Of a stretch of 64,000 nt of DNA, positions 1 through 10,000 are shown one piece after another (position 1 is the stretch's first letter; each line of letters opens with the position of its first letter). The notes beneath the pieces were generated by a model. The model was not told where the DNA came from, ran no database searches, and saw only the letters and a list, made by a program, of their open reading frames with translations. The translations under genes and the position numbers were made by a program. The DNA comes from an uncultured delta proteobacterium. GTDB lineage: Bacteria > Desulfobacterota > Binatia > UBA9968. The stretch lies in assembly GCA_963771465.1 (NCBI GenBank), contig CAVYTU010000017.1, forward strand, positions 416,001 through 480,000, in the 5' to 3' direction.

Positions 1-545
1 GTATTGTTAAAGTGAGCGGCAGCACAAGTGCGAGACCGCTTTTATTGCTCCCTTGAGCTGACTTTCCCCGGCGTTGGACTCTCATAACGATCTCCCATCG
101 TGCGTCAGTGCGAATTGATATTTTATCCCAGCAATACTAATACCAGACACCATTGGTGTCCGAATCGCTATTCAACGCTTGAAATTACAGTCTTAAATTA
201 GCGGTAGGTTGCTCAATGTAGTCGGGATATCGTTTAACCCGGCAACCAGCGTTTACGCCAAGTGTAAACAAAGTTATCGCGCGACTTCTCTTCATCAGTC
301 TCGATCGCCATCCTTCGGACATTTCACGAACCCCTACCATCATCTCATTTGCTTCATAGCGTTTGCCCAAGTGGCTGTCCAATAAATAATATTTATGACG
401 ACCGTCATTCGAAATTTTTAGGATGGTTGACGGCTGAAGCTTCTCTCAACTAGATTCCGACGCTGGATTCGGGTGTGGCGTGGTCTTTGCTTGTTACAGT
501 GCAGATTATCTGAGAATAGGAACGTTCATAGTTTGGAGGGAGCCG

Positions 546-1517
546 ATGACCTTACAGCAGTTCAGAATTTTTTCGGCGATTGCGAAGTTTGGCAATCTAA
601 CTAAGGCTGCGCTTGTACTGCGCACGAGCCAACCGGCTATCTCGCATCATATGAAACTTCTCAAGGATGGTTATGGCGAGATACTCTATATTCGCACGCC
701 TTTTGGGGTCGTGCTCACGCCGGCGGGCGAAGGATTGCTCGCTAAGATCGAGCCGATTCTAGAATTGGTCGGGAAGTTAAAGTCCAGCGCCGCACTGACT
801 ATGTTGCGCACGGCCGACCGCGATGTGTTGCGCGTCGGTGGTGTTGAGAGCGCTTCGACTCATTTACTGCCCGCTGCCTTGGCGCAATTCCGCGCGCGCC
901 ATCCCATTGTCGCCCTTGAGTTTCGCACCCGCACTTCGGATCTTCTCGAACGCATGGTCCTCAATACTTCGATGGATATAGCCGTAACTGCGCGCCAGTC
1001 GATCTCCCTGGATTTGCAATGCGAACCCTTGCGTCGTGAGAGAGTCGCGCTGTTTGTGCCGACTCGTCATAGGCTGGCGAATAGCAAAACTTTGCAGCTA
1101 CACGACGTGCTCGCCGAGCCGCTGATTCTGCGCGGCGGCCGAGGTGGCGGTGGTGTAACCGATCGCGCGTTGAATCAATTGCGAGACCGCGGTGTAGAAA
1201 TTCGCGTCGGCATGTACTGTGACGGACCGGCGGCGATCAAAGCGGCGGTGGCTCAAGGCATGGGCGTCGGCATGGTATTTGAGGAATCGCTCAAGGCCGA
1301 GGCTGCGGCTGGCAAGTTCAAAATTCTTAGAGTGCGTGGTCTGGAGCTAGAGGGGCATAGCTACATCGTTTATTCGAAGAGTCGACCGCTGTTGCCTTTG
1401 GCGCAGGAGTTTCTTGAAATATTGCGCGAGGAACGTGATGGCGTCGCTTTTAACGGCCGTTCAAAACGTTCAAATCGTTCAATCAGCGCTCGGTTCAAGC
1501 CGTATGAGATCCCCTGA
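546..1517 (+). CDS. LysR-family transcriptional regulator
   Basis: N-terminal HTH (MTLQQFRIF..GNLTKAA..L..SQPAIS..MK.L) and substrate domain (AIKAAVAQGMGVG). ATG at 546 follows GGAGG; ORF track starts at 480. Confidence 0.93.
   Translation: MTLQQFRIFSAIAKFGNLTKAALVLRTSQPAISHHMKLLKDGYGEILYIRTPFGVVLTPAGEGLLAKIEPILELVGKLKSSAALTMLRTADRDVLRVGGVESASTHLLPAALAQFRARHPIVALEFRTRTSDLLERMVLNTSMDIAVTARQSISLDLQCEPLRRERVALFVPTRHRLANSKTLQLHDVLAEPLILRGGRGGGGVTDRALNQLRDRGVEIRVGMYCDGPAAIKAAVAQGMGVGMVFEESLKAEAAAGKFKILRVRGLELEGHSYIVYSKSRPLLPLAQEFLEILREERDGVAFNGRSKRSNRSISARFKPYEIP
1458..1503 (+). repeat. GTTCAA-unit short tandem repeat inside the 3' end of the LysR ORF
   Basis: cgttcaaaa-cgttcaaat-cgttcaatc-agcgctc-ggttcaagc: four GTTCAA units. 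Confidence 0.7.
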
Positions 1518-1734
1518 CTTAGTCACGGAGAGCAGTAATCCGAATGGTAAATTGGTCCCAGCCGCCACGCTGGATGGTTCCAAGATCTTTAGCGTTGGTA
1601 GCAAGCAAAAAAGCACCGATTCTCTTCGCGGCTAACGCCAGGCGAGTCGGATAAAAACATTCGACGTGGCGCCTTTAAACAAATCAGCACCGAGGGTTGA
1701 TACCGCGCAGCTTGTTGGGGGGTAGTTCGATCCT

Positions 1735-3507
1735 TTATCTTCGCCGCCGCTGCGGTTTCACCCATGGGATCGCTTTGCCGAGTATTGTGCCCGGCCCGAC
1801 GAGGCTGGGCGTTTGTTTGTAACCCAAGGCTTTCAACCTATCCGTTGTCAGTTTCGTCAGCGCGCGGAAATTTGAGTTCTTGCCGCGCGTTCGGCCTTCG
1901 CGAAGAACTTTCGCCAGACTAAATGTAAACGCGCCATAGGAGTTAGCGCCGTCGCGGTACTCGTAGGAAAGCTCCTGCTCCTGGCATGCTTCGAAAATGA
2001 TCGGTAGATAGGCGCCCTTGTGGCGCAATGCTTTGCGCTGATTATCGTAGCGACGGTTGGGAAGACCTCGCAGTACGACGCCGCGACCGAGACGGTATGT
2101 GACGCCGTTGCGGCCCAAGTAGGCTTTGCCGATTGCAGACTGCTCCAACGATTGGTTGGGGGATTGAAGATCTCGGTCCTCCCACATGCCGAGCTCGATG
2201 TTCCAGCGCAAAGCGCGATGGCGAATATCGTCGGGCGGATTGATGCCGCGGGCGCGTGGACCGCCATCGCGCGTCATGCCGCCGGAGTGGCAACAATCGA
2301 AGATGGCGGCAAAACGGGCGTCATAGGGCAACTGGCTGTAGAAGGCGACAAACTGATTATCGATGATCGCGTGTTCTGGGCTCCAGTCGAAATCGTACGG
2401 CACCAGGCACTCGTCCATGCGGTCGACTTCTTCTTTGGCCCCATAGGCCGGAATCTGCGCGCCGTGCCCTGAAAAGAAAAACACGCGCTCGTCGCCGGCG
2501 CGCACGTCGTCGAGCAGCCAGTGCAGGCGCTCCAAGATATTCGCGGCTGTGGCACGATCATTCAGCAATACGCGAATATCCTCCGGCGGGAAGTTGCATT
2601 CCTGGAGCACCGAGCTCATCAGAAAAGTATCGTTGACGCAGCCCTCTAAACGAATTGCCGGGTTGGGGTAATCGTTGATGCCGACAAGCAGAGCACGGCG
2701 GTTGGCCGGCGCGGCGCTTGCTCGGGCCAAACGCATATCGCGACGAGTCAATGAGCGCGCCGGCCGCGCCGCGGCAATATCGAACCAGGCGCGCGCCTGA
2801 GTATTGGCGTGATTGAAATAATAAATCGGATCGTGATTGAGGATGTCGTTGGGTTTGTCGAACCGGGTATCGATCTGGGCAAACCTGACGTCGTTGAGTC
2901 TCAGTTTGGCCGTGAATACGCCGTCGTCGTCGTTGTACAAGTGATACCACATGCGCGCGTCGAGGGGCTCGATGCGGCCGGCGAAGCAATCGCGGACGAA
3001 GGGATTGGCTATTTGCGAGCCAAAAGTGAGCAGCGTCTTGTTGCCAAGCGCGCCCGGGTTTTGCCGAAAGGTGTCGTAGGAAAGCAGCGAACCCAGACTA
3101 TGCGCCGCGATCACGTGATAGTGCTTTTTCCCCATCATACCGAGCAGGCGGGTGCGCAGGGCGGCGCGCAGATTATCCTCTGAAGCCCATTGGGCAATCA
3201 TGCCGGCAGTCCAGCGAATCTGTTCGGGAAGATCGAAAATACCGCGGCTGGCGGGGATGAAATCGCCGATGCCGTGCGTCACGCCGCTGGCGAGAAGTTT
3301 AGCGAGGGCTTTGCCGTACGTCGCCGGGTTCCGTGGCGCGTGATCGAACAGATCATCGTATTTTAGAAAGTCACAGATGACTTCAGCGTGAGCATTCCAC
3401 CGTTTGAGGTTTTTTGTAATCGCGTCAGTCCAAGACGGCATAAGGGCCGGATCGACGTCACCGTGGCCGACGCCATGGACGCACAGGACACTAATTTGAC
3501 TTGGCAT
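1735..3507 (-). CDS. Alpha/beta-hydrolase fused to a caspase-family (C14, metacaspase-like) peptidase
   Basis: N-terminal VHGVG, AHSLGS nucleophile elbow, TFGSQ; C-terminal ALLVGINDY..LEGCVND, FSGHG (catalytic His), DCCHSGG (catalytic Cys). Confidence 0.88.
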   Translation of the reverse strand: MPSQISVLCVHGVGHGDVDPALMPSWTDAITKNLKRWNAHAEVICDFLKYDDLFDHAPRNPATYGKALAKLLASGVTHGIGDFIPASRGIFDLPEQIRWTAGMIAQWASEDNLRAALRTRLLGMMGKKHYHVIAAHSLGSLLSYDTFRQNPGALGNKTLLTFGSQIANPFVRDCFAGRIEPLDARMWYHLYNDDDGVFTAKLRLNDVRFAQIDTRFDKPNDILNHDPIYYFNHANTQARAWFDIAAARPARSLTRRDMRLARASAAPANRRALLVGINDYPNPAIRLEGCVNDTFLMSSVLQECNFPPEDIRVLLNDRATAANILERLHWLLDDVRAGDERVFFFSGHGAQIPAYGAKEEVDRMDECLVPYDFDWSPEHAIIDNQFVAFYSQLPYDARFAAIFDCCHSGGMTRDGGPRARGINPPDDIRHRALRWNIELGMWEDRDLQSPNQSLEQSAIGKAYLGRNGVTYRLGRGVVLRGLPNRRYDNQRKALRHKGAYLPIIFEACQEQELSYEYRDGANSYGAFTFSLAKVLREGRTRGKNSNFRALTKLTTDRLKALGYKQTPSLVGPGTILGKAIPWVKPQRRRR

Positions 3508-3584
3508 ACTTTTTCACCTCCAACGGACGCAGCCCATCGACATCGTCCGATATAAATCACGCTCGGAGTTAAATGGTCGGTGTC

Positions 3585-4397
3585 TTAGATAGCGAATGGT
3601 TTCTGCGCTTCGTAGGCGGAATTTGCCGCGCCGACGTAATAATAATTGGGCGTCTGCGTCGACGGCAGTAGCGAAACGATCTTGTCACGCAGCTTGCGAT
3701 AGTTACCGCTGAACTTGCCGCCATTCCAGACTTTCTTCAGCGTGCCCGTAAAGGCGCCGTTGTTGTCGCCGTCCATGGAAGTCTGATTATCCATGCAACC
3801 GGAGATTAACAGCACGCTGGCAGCGACTTTTATCTTTTCCGTGCCGCGGTTGTTTTTTTGGATGCTCTTATAAAGAGCGCTGTTGGCTTTCTCCACTGCT
3901 ACGCCGACGGTGCGGGGCATGGCGCGCGGACGCGGGCCGACTCCTAAGAACGGCGGGATGTCCCTCACCACCGTACCGCTGTGGCAACTGTCGGATAGAA
4001 CCAAAATGCGCACGCCGGCTTTGAATTTGGCCCACAGGTTGTAAAGTTCGTCATCGACGAGCTGGCGGTCGAATAGAACCCAAGTCTCGTCCATGCGGTC
4101 GTTATCCTTCTCGTCGCTGTTGGTATCGCGCACCTGTCCGCCGTGACCGGAATAAGTAAGAAAAAGCATATCGCCTTTGACGAGTTTCTTGCCGGCGTCC
4201 TGAATCGCTGCCATGACCGCCTCGGCGGTTGCTTGTCCATCGAGGAGCAACGTGTTGCCGATGAAGCCTTTTTTCTTGGCCAGAGCGCGCATGTCCTTGG
4301 CGTCGGCGATGCACGCGTTAAGCTCGCCGTCCCAGCCTTGATAATGTTTGGGATCGACGTGATTCAAACCGATATGCAAAGAAATCCCTTTTGCCAT
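3585..4397 (-). CDS. Caspase-family (C14, metacaspase-like) peptidase
   Basis: SLHIGLN..L.ACIADA, YSGHGGQ, SDSCHSGT, ISGC.D.Q.S.D..NGAFT motifs; GAGGAGG RBS. Confidence 0.92.
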   Translation of the reverse strand: MAKGISLHIGLNHVDPKHYQGWDGELNACIADAKDMRALAKKKGFIGNTLLLDGQATAEAVMAAIQDAGKKLVKGDMLFLTYSGHGGQVRDTNSDEKDNDRMDETWVLFDRQLVDDELYNLWAKFKAGVRILVLSDSCHSGTVVRDIPPFLGVGPRPRAMPRTVGVAVEKANSALYKSIQKNNRGTEKIKVAASVLLISGCMDNQTSMDGDNNGAFTGTLKKVWNGGKFSGNYRKLRDKIVSLLPSTQTPNYYYVGAANSAYEAQKPFAI

Positions 4398-4816
4398 GAA
4401 TGCCTCCTCATAAAACTGTTAGTGTAATGACTCGAACTGTAAAGGCGTGGCGATCCAGCTGTCAAGAAAATTTCGCGGTGAAGACGGTCTTCCTTATTTA
4501 GCATTGGCAAACATTTCCGCTTTTCTGCTAAATCTTCACATCACGGCTTCCAACTCTGTTTGTTAGCTGGGCGTTCTTTTGAGTTTCCTCGTCGACGTGA
4601 CCGACGCTGCTAAACGACTTCACCCTGTCGTCGTACATGCGGCTGACCAAAGGGCGATCCAATTTGGTGAATTCGTTGCGCCGATGACGTTGTTGCGATT
4701 CCGACCTGCGAGGCCGGTGCTTTTTGGCAGGATTAGCTGTCTCACCTTGTCCTAGTGGCGTCCCGAGTTGCTAGCGCGAGCCGCAATCGGTAAGCTTCCC
4801 AGGGTCTAGAGAAGGC

Positions 4817-5488
4817 TTGGTTTGCGAACAGGAAATTGAATTGAGAAGCTTCCGCAGAGTCAAATATCCGTGTCCGGTCTGCGCGGCGGCGCGCGAGTCT
4901 TGTTTGTGCGCGGCGCTGCCGAGGATTGAACTCGCCACCAAGATTTGTCTGGTGATTCATCATCGAGAGCTCACGCGCAGCAGCAATACCGGACTGCTTG
5001 CAGCTCGTGCGCTAGTCAATAGCGAGGTGCGGGTGCGCGGCGCGGACCGCGAGACTCTCGATCTCAAGAATATTGTGACGCCGCAGTATCGAACGTTTAT
5101 GCTCTATCCTTCTCGGGACGCTTTGGATTTGGATTATGCCTTGACGGTGAACGCCGCGCGTCCGATTCAACTGATTGTGCCAGACGGCACTTGGCGGCAA
5201 GCGCGGAAGCTTCACTTCCGCCATCCTGAGCTGAATGATGTCACACGCGTGAAGGTTAATGTCCCCGGCGACTCGGCTTATCAGCTGCGCGCGCAAAGCC
5301 AACCGGGACGGATGGCGACGCTGCAAGCGATCGCTCATGCGCTAGGAGTGATCGAAGGGGCATCGGTGCGAGATCAATTGATGAAGCTCTATCATGCCAA
5401 GATCGATCGCACACTCATCGGCCGCGGCATTTTGCCGCGGATAAAAGAGTTACCGCTAGGCGAGCCAGATGTCGCCGCCAAAGCGTGA
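4817..5488 (+). CDS. DTW-domain tRNA-uridine aminocarboxypropyltransferase (TapT/YfiP-like)
   Basis: CxxC..CLC zinc site, H..E...SNTG, LYP, DGTWRQA motif. Confidence 0.88.
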   Translation: MVCEQEIELRSFRRVKYPCPVCAAARESCLCAALPRIELATKICLVIHHRELTRSSNTGLLAARALVNSEVRVRGADRETLDLKNIVTPQYRTFMLYPSRDALDLDYALTVNAARPIQLIVPDGTWRQARKLHFRHPELNDVTRVKVNVPGDSAYQLRAQSQPGRMATLQAIAHALGVIEGASVRDQLMKLYHAKIDRTLIGRGILPRIKELPLGEPDVAAKA

Positions 5489-5587
5489 ATTGCTGAGCGT
5501 AAGTCGTCTTTAATAAATTATCCCAATATGTAATAGAGAGGCCGGGACGGAATTCCGACACTTTAATAAATCAAAAAGGAGTCAATC

Positions 5588-6496
5588 GTGGCGTTTCAAA
5601 AAATTGGCATTATGAGTATCGGCGAGATGGGGTTTCACTGGGCCAAGCTGCTCAAGAGCCACGGCGTGGACGTTTTGACCTATGACAAGGATCGCGGTGA
5701 AGTGAGCCGCAAGCGGGCGGAAAATGCCGGCGTGAGATCGGTTGCGTCGATGAACGCGCTCGTCAAGGAAGCGGAATTAATAGTGTCCATCGTCATACCG
5801 TTCGCGGCTAAGAAAGTCGCGGTGAAGGTTGCCAAGGCGGCGGCAAAAGTCGGACGGAAGGATCTCTTGTATCTCGACGCCAACGCGATCTCGCCGATGA
5901 CCGCGGATGCGATCGCATCGGTGTTGACGCCGGCGGGTGTCAATTTTGTCGACGGTTGCATCATCGGCGGAGCTTCGAAGATGGGTAAGGGGACGATGGT
6001 TTACGTTTCCGGGCCGGACGCGGCGCGCATGCAGGCGTTGGAAGCATTCAACATTCCCGTCAAGATTCTCGGCCCGCGCACCAATCAAGCATCGGCCTTC
6101 AAAGTTGTCTACGCTGGATTCACCAAAGGTTTGCAGGGACTTTTCTGCGAGTTGTTAATGGGCGCGCAAAAGTTCGGCATGCTGAACGAGATTCGCGCCC
6201 AATACGAAGACAGTTATCCCGGTCTGTTGGATAAAGTATCGGGAAGCATTATCGGTCTGCGCATTCACGCCGGGCGGCGCGCCGAGGAGATGGACGAGCT
6301 GAAGCGCACGTTCAATACCCACGGTTTGAATTCCTACATGGCGCCCGGGGCGCAAAAAGTTTTGCAGGCGATCGCTGCGCTCGATGTCGGTCAGGTTTCC
6401 GACAGCGGCGCGCGCCAGGGCGACCTGGCCGACACGTTAGAACTATTTTACGAAAAGGGGCTGTTGCAGATTGAATCGCCAGGTAAAAATCTTTAA
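5588..6496 (+). CDS. NAD(P)-dependent oxidoreductase, 6PGD/3-hydroxyisobutyrate dehydrogenase-like (DUF1932-type C-terminus)
   Basis: IGIMSIGEMG Rossmann start, LDANAISP, FVDGCIIG, ASAFKVVYAGFTKG, HAGRRAEEM. Confidence 0.85.
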   Translation: MAFQKIGIMSIGEMGFHWAKLLKSHGVDVLTYDKDRGEVSRKRAENAGVRSVASMNALVKEAELIVSIVIPFAAKKVAVKVAKAAAKVGRKDLLYLDANAISPMTADAIASVLTPAGVNFVDGCIIGGASKMGKGTMVYVSGPDAARMQALEAFNIPVKILGPRTNQASAFKVVYAGFTKGLQGLFCELLMGAQKFGMLNEIRAQYEDSYPGLLDKVSGSIIGLRIHAGRRAEEMDELKRTFNTHGLNSYMAPGAQKVLQAIAALDVGQVSDSGARQGDLADTLELFYEKGLLQIESPGKNL

Positions 6497-6564
6497 CCCC
6501 CTAGCCAGGCGGCGGCTTTCCTGGTATTGAGAGCGAATCTATAGATTCAGGGGGAACTCCAAAT

Positions 6565-8334
6565 ATGTCCAGAGTAGAAAAGAAACAACCGGAATACGGC
6601 TCGGATGTGGTGGTCGATTTGATGAAGGCGCACGACATCGAATACACCGCGTTCAATCCGGGCGCGACTTTCCGCGGCATCCACGATTCCATCGTCAACT
6701 ATGGCGGCAACTACAAGCCGGAAGTGATCTTTTGCCATCACGAAGAAATCTCGGTCGCCATCGCCCACGGCTACGCCAAGGCGAAGAACAAACCGATGAT
6801 CGCCATCGTCCACAACATGGTCGGTTTGCAGCACGCCAGCATGGCGATCTTCAACGCCTACATCGATCGCGTGCCGATGATGGTGCTAGGCGGCACTGGG
6901 CCGATGGTCACCAAGCGGCGCCGGCCGCGCATCGACTGGATTCACACGGCGCTCGTGCAAGGCAATCAGGTGCGCGATTACACCAAGTGGGACGATCAAC
7001 CTTACTCTCTCGCCGACGTGCCGGATTCTTTTATCCGCGGCTACCGCATTTCCACCACCGATCCGACAGCGCCGGTTTATATTAACTACGATGCCGATAT
7101 TCAAGAAGACGCGGTCAAGACCATGGTCGACGTGCCGGACGTGAGCCGCCACTCCAGACCGGCGCCGGCGCAGGCGAACCCGGAAGCATTGCGCCGCACG
7201 GCCGAGGCGTTGGTCAACGCGCAGACGCCGCTGATCGTCGCCGATATGCTCGGACGCAATCCCAAAGCTGTGGCATCCCTAATTGAGTTGGCTGAGTTGC
7301 TGGCGGTGCCGGTGGTCGACAAGGGCGCGCGCTTCAATTTCCCATCGGTGCATCCGTTGGATGTGACTGACGGCGCCCGCGAGATTCTCCAAAAGGCCGA
7401 TTTTATTTTGGCGCTCGATGTCGGCGACCTGTTCGGCGCGCTGACTACGGTGAGCAAGCAAACCCGCGAGAGCGAATATATCACAACCGCCGGAGTGAAA
7501 ATCGCCAGCATCTCGATGAACGACATGTTGGTGCATTCCTGGGCCAACGATTTCCAAGCGCTTCAGGCGATCGACATTCCGATGAGCGCCGATACGTCGA
7601 TTGCCGTGCCGGAACTGACCCGGCTCTGCCGGGAATTAATCGGCAACGACAGCAAGAAAAAATCGGTCATCGAGGCACGGCAAAAGGAATTGGCGGAGAA
7701 GCACAAAGCGCGGCGCGGCAAATGGCTCGCCGACGCCCAAGCGAAAGGCTCGCAGAAAGAAATTTCCACCGCGTGGCTGGCGCTGGAAGTCGGCGAAGCG
7801 ATCAGGCGCGAGGATTGGGTGTGTGTCAACGGCACATCCAACGGTTGGACGCGCCGGCTGTGGGATTTCAGCAAGGCGAATCAATCCCTCGGCGGCAGCG
7901 GCGGCGCCGGCTTGGGCTACGGTCCCGGCGCGGCGATCGGCGCGGCGTTAGCGCTCAAGGGTAGCGGCAAGCTCGCCGTGGCGATTCAGTCCGACGGCGA
8001 TATGCTGATGACATCGAGCGCGTTGTGGACGGCGGCGAAGCATCGCATTCCTTTACTCATGGTCATGCATAACAACCAGTCGTACTACAATTCGGAAGAG
8101 CACGGCATCGAAGTCGCCAAGTTCCGCAAACGCGATGTCGGCAACGCCGGCATCGGCACCCATGTCGACGATCCGGCGATCGACTTCGCGATGATGGCGA
8201 AATCCTTCGGTGTTAACGGCGAAGGGCCGATTGTCAATCCAGCCGACCTACGCGCGGCCATCGAGCGCGGCGTAAAGTACGTCAAAGAAAAGCAGTTGCC
8301 GTACTTGGTCGATGTCATCGCTGAGCCGCGTTAG
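6565..8334 (+). CDS. Thiamine pyrophosphate-dependent enzyme (acetolactate synthase/decarboxylase superfamily)
   Basis: NPGATFRG, HEEISVAIAHGYAKA, SDGD...MHNN TPP-binding motif. Confidence 0.92.
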   Translation: MSRVEKKQPEYGSDVVVDLMKAHDIEYTAFNPGATFRGIHDSIVNYGGNYKPEVIFCHHEEISVAIAHGYAKAKNKPMIAIVHNMVGLQHASMAIFNAYIDRVPMMVLGGTGPMVTKRRRPRIDWIHTALVQGNQVRDYTKWDDQPYSLADVPDSFIRGYRISTTDPTAPVYINYDADIQEDAVKTMVDVPDVSRHSRPAPAQANPEALRRTAEALVNAQTPLIVADMLGRNPKAVASLIELAELLAVPVVDKGARFNFPSVHPLDVTDGAREILQKADFILALDVGDLFGALTTVSKQTRESEYITTAGVKIASISMNDMLVHSWANDFQALQAIDIPMSADTSIAVPELTRLCRELIGNDSKKKSVIEARQKELAEKHKARRGKWLADAQAKGSQKEISTAWLALEVGEAIRREDWVCVNGTSNGWTRRLWDFSKANQSLGGSGGAGLGYGPGAAIGAALALKGSGKLAVAIQSDGDMLMTSSALWTAAKHRIPLLMVMHNNQSYYNSEEHGIEVAKFRKRDVGNAGIGTHVDDPAIDFAMMAKSFGVNGEGPIVNPADLRAAIERGVKYVKEKQLPYLVDVIAEPR

Positions 8335-8371
8335 AAGAGATGGCGATGAGCTTTAGGCAATAAGATTTCTC

Positions 8372-8426
8372 ACCACGAAGGATACGAAGGAAAGAAAAAC
8401 AATTCCGGATTCGTGTCCTTCGTGGT
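8372..8426. repeat. Intergenic inverted repeat (REP-like hairpin)
   Basis: ACCACGAAGGATACGAA ... TTCGTGTCCTTCGTGGT, 17-nt arms with one G-U pair. Confidence 0.7.
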
Positions 8427-8492
8427 TGATAAAAAAAGATTGGCGTCTGCTCAATGATTCGCAGCGAAGCATAACGCGCCACAATTCGCCCA

Positions 8493-9326
8493 TTGGCTAC
8501 CGATCCTTATCGCGAATTTCGTCAGGCTGCCGAACGACCGGAAGAACAAATCGATCTCGGTCGCGCGGCCCTGACGATCGCGCTGCCGGAGTATCCCGCA
8601 TTAGATTTTTCCGCCTATCTCGGCCGGATCAATGATTTGGCGCTGGAAGCCTGTGAGCGCGCCGGCGCCGACGCCGACGTGTTTCGTTCCATCGCGGCGC
8701 TCAACTTCGTTTTGTTTGCGCGCCATGGCTTTCGCGGCAACCGCGACGACTACTACGATCCCAAGAATAGCTTTCTCAACCAAGTGCTCGATCGCAAATG
8801 CGGCATCCCGATCACGCTTTCGGTGCTTTACATGGAAATTGCCGAGCGCCTCGGTCTTAGGATCAACGGCATCGGTTTTCCCGGGCACTTTATGGTGATG
8901 GTGCGAGCGGATAGCACCGACGTCGTCATCGACCCGTTCAACTCGGGCGACATCAAAACCGATGAAGAGCTGGCGGCCATGTTGCAACAACTGTACGGTG
9001 GCAAAGTGAATCTGCGCAGCGAATTTCTCGCGCCGGTGTCGAAGAAGCAAATTCTGACGCGCATGTTGACGAACCTAAAAGCGATCTACGCCAAAGCCAA
9101 CGACATGGTAAAAACTTTGGGAACGTTGGATCGCTTGCTGATTCTCGATCCAGGCTCGGCAGCCGACACCCGCGATCGCGGCGTGATCTATTCGCGGCTT
9201 GAATGTTACGGCCAGGCGAAGGACGATTTCGAGCGTTATCTTGAGCTCGCTCCCGACGCCGACGATGCCGCGGCGATACGCGAGCAGCTGGTCGAGCTCG
9301 CCAAGCAAGTGGTGTTGATTCACTGA
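8493..9326 (+). CDS. SirB1/YchA-like transglutaminase-core protein with C-terminal TPR
   Basis: GFRGN..DYYDPKNSFLNQVL..K.GIPITLS, GIGFPGHF, IDPFN, RDRG..Y. Confidence 0.9.
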   Translation: MATDPYREFRQAAERPEEQIDLGRAALTIALPEYPALDFSAYLGRINDLALEACERAGADADVFRSIAALNFVLFARHGFRGNRDDYYDPKNSFLNQVLDRKCGIPITLSVLYMEIAERLGLRINGIGFPGHFMVMVRADSTDVVIDPFNSGDIKTDEELAAMLQQLYGGKVNLRSEFLAPVSKKQILTRMLTNLKAIYAKANDMVKTLGTLDRLLILDPGSAADTRDRGVIYSRLECYGQAKDDFERYLELAPDADDAAAIREQLVELAKQVVLIH

Positions 9327-9359
9327 GAGACGGTAAAAATATTTGCAGCTCCCCTGCGC

Positions 9360-9908
9360 CTAGCGAAAGCTTGCTGGATCCTTGGACTCCCGCGGAAACC
9401 AGCCGCCAAGCCGGTGATAAGCTTTCAAGTAACTGATCTGCCCCTGGTTATTCATCGCATTCTCCAACACGCTGACGAGGCGTATGGCGACCGTTGGCAG
9501 CGGTTGATGCTGAGGTTCGTCGAGCTGACGCGCTAGATCCTCTGCAGTTAGCGTTTCGATATAGCGCTTCAATCGCTCATACGCGGCATCGTGATATTTC
9601 AAAAGCAGCTCCGGTGAGGCGCGGAATGCGCGCACTTGCTCGCGCGTGTGCGCCGCGGATCGGCCATAGTCGGCGGGATCAGGCGCCATGCCGAATCGAG
9701 CGGCCCATCCGTCGCCGATCCAAAGCTGCTGCCGGTCGGAAAGGTGCGACGCGTTGTGATCCATGACTCGGCTGAGCCGCCACGCAAGCCAACCTATGGA
9801 CGGATGCGGCTCCTGGACAAGCTCGGTCTCGGTGAGATCAGCCAATGTGCGGTGCAGCGATTGGTAGACCCGCGTGAACGCGTCCAACAATACATCAGTT
9901 TGTGCCAT
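9360..9908 (-). CDS. DinB/DUF664-family protein
   Basis: L..LT..EL...P..SIGWL.W, LWI.DGWA.RFG, GQISYL pattern; canonical metal His residues appear substituted. Confidence 0.75.
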   Translation of the reverse strand: MAQTDVLLDAFTRVYQSLHRTLADLTETELVQEPHPSIGWLAWRLSRVMDHNASHLSDRQQLWIGDGWAARFGMAPDPADYGRSAAHTREQVRAFRASPELLLKYHDAAYERLKRYIETLTAEDLARQLDEPQHQPLPTVAIRLVSVLENAMNNQGQISYLKAYHRLGGWFPRESKDPASFR

Positions 9909-10000
9909 TGCAAATCACCTTTCAGCTTCTGATTGTCAATCGGCTCTCAATATCATCAGGCATTGGTTATATCACGGTGCGCTTAGGCAAAGCTCAGCCT

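Noticed and set aside
185-382. 65-aa minus-strand ORF in the AT-richer first 480 bp
   Set aside because: No RBS or motif; the region looks like the regulatory spacer upstream of the LysR gene.
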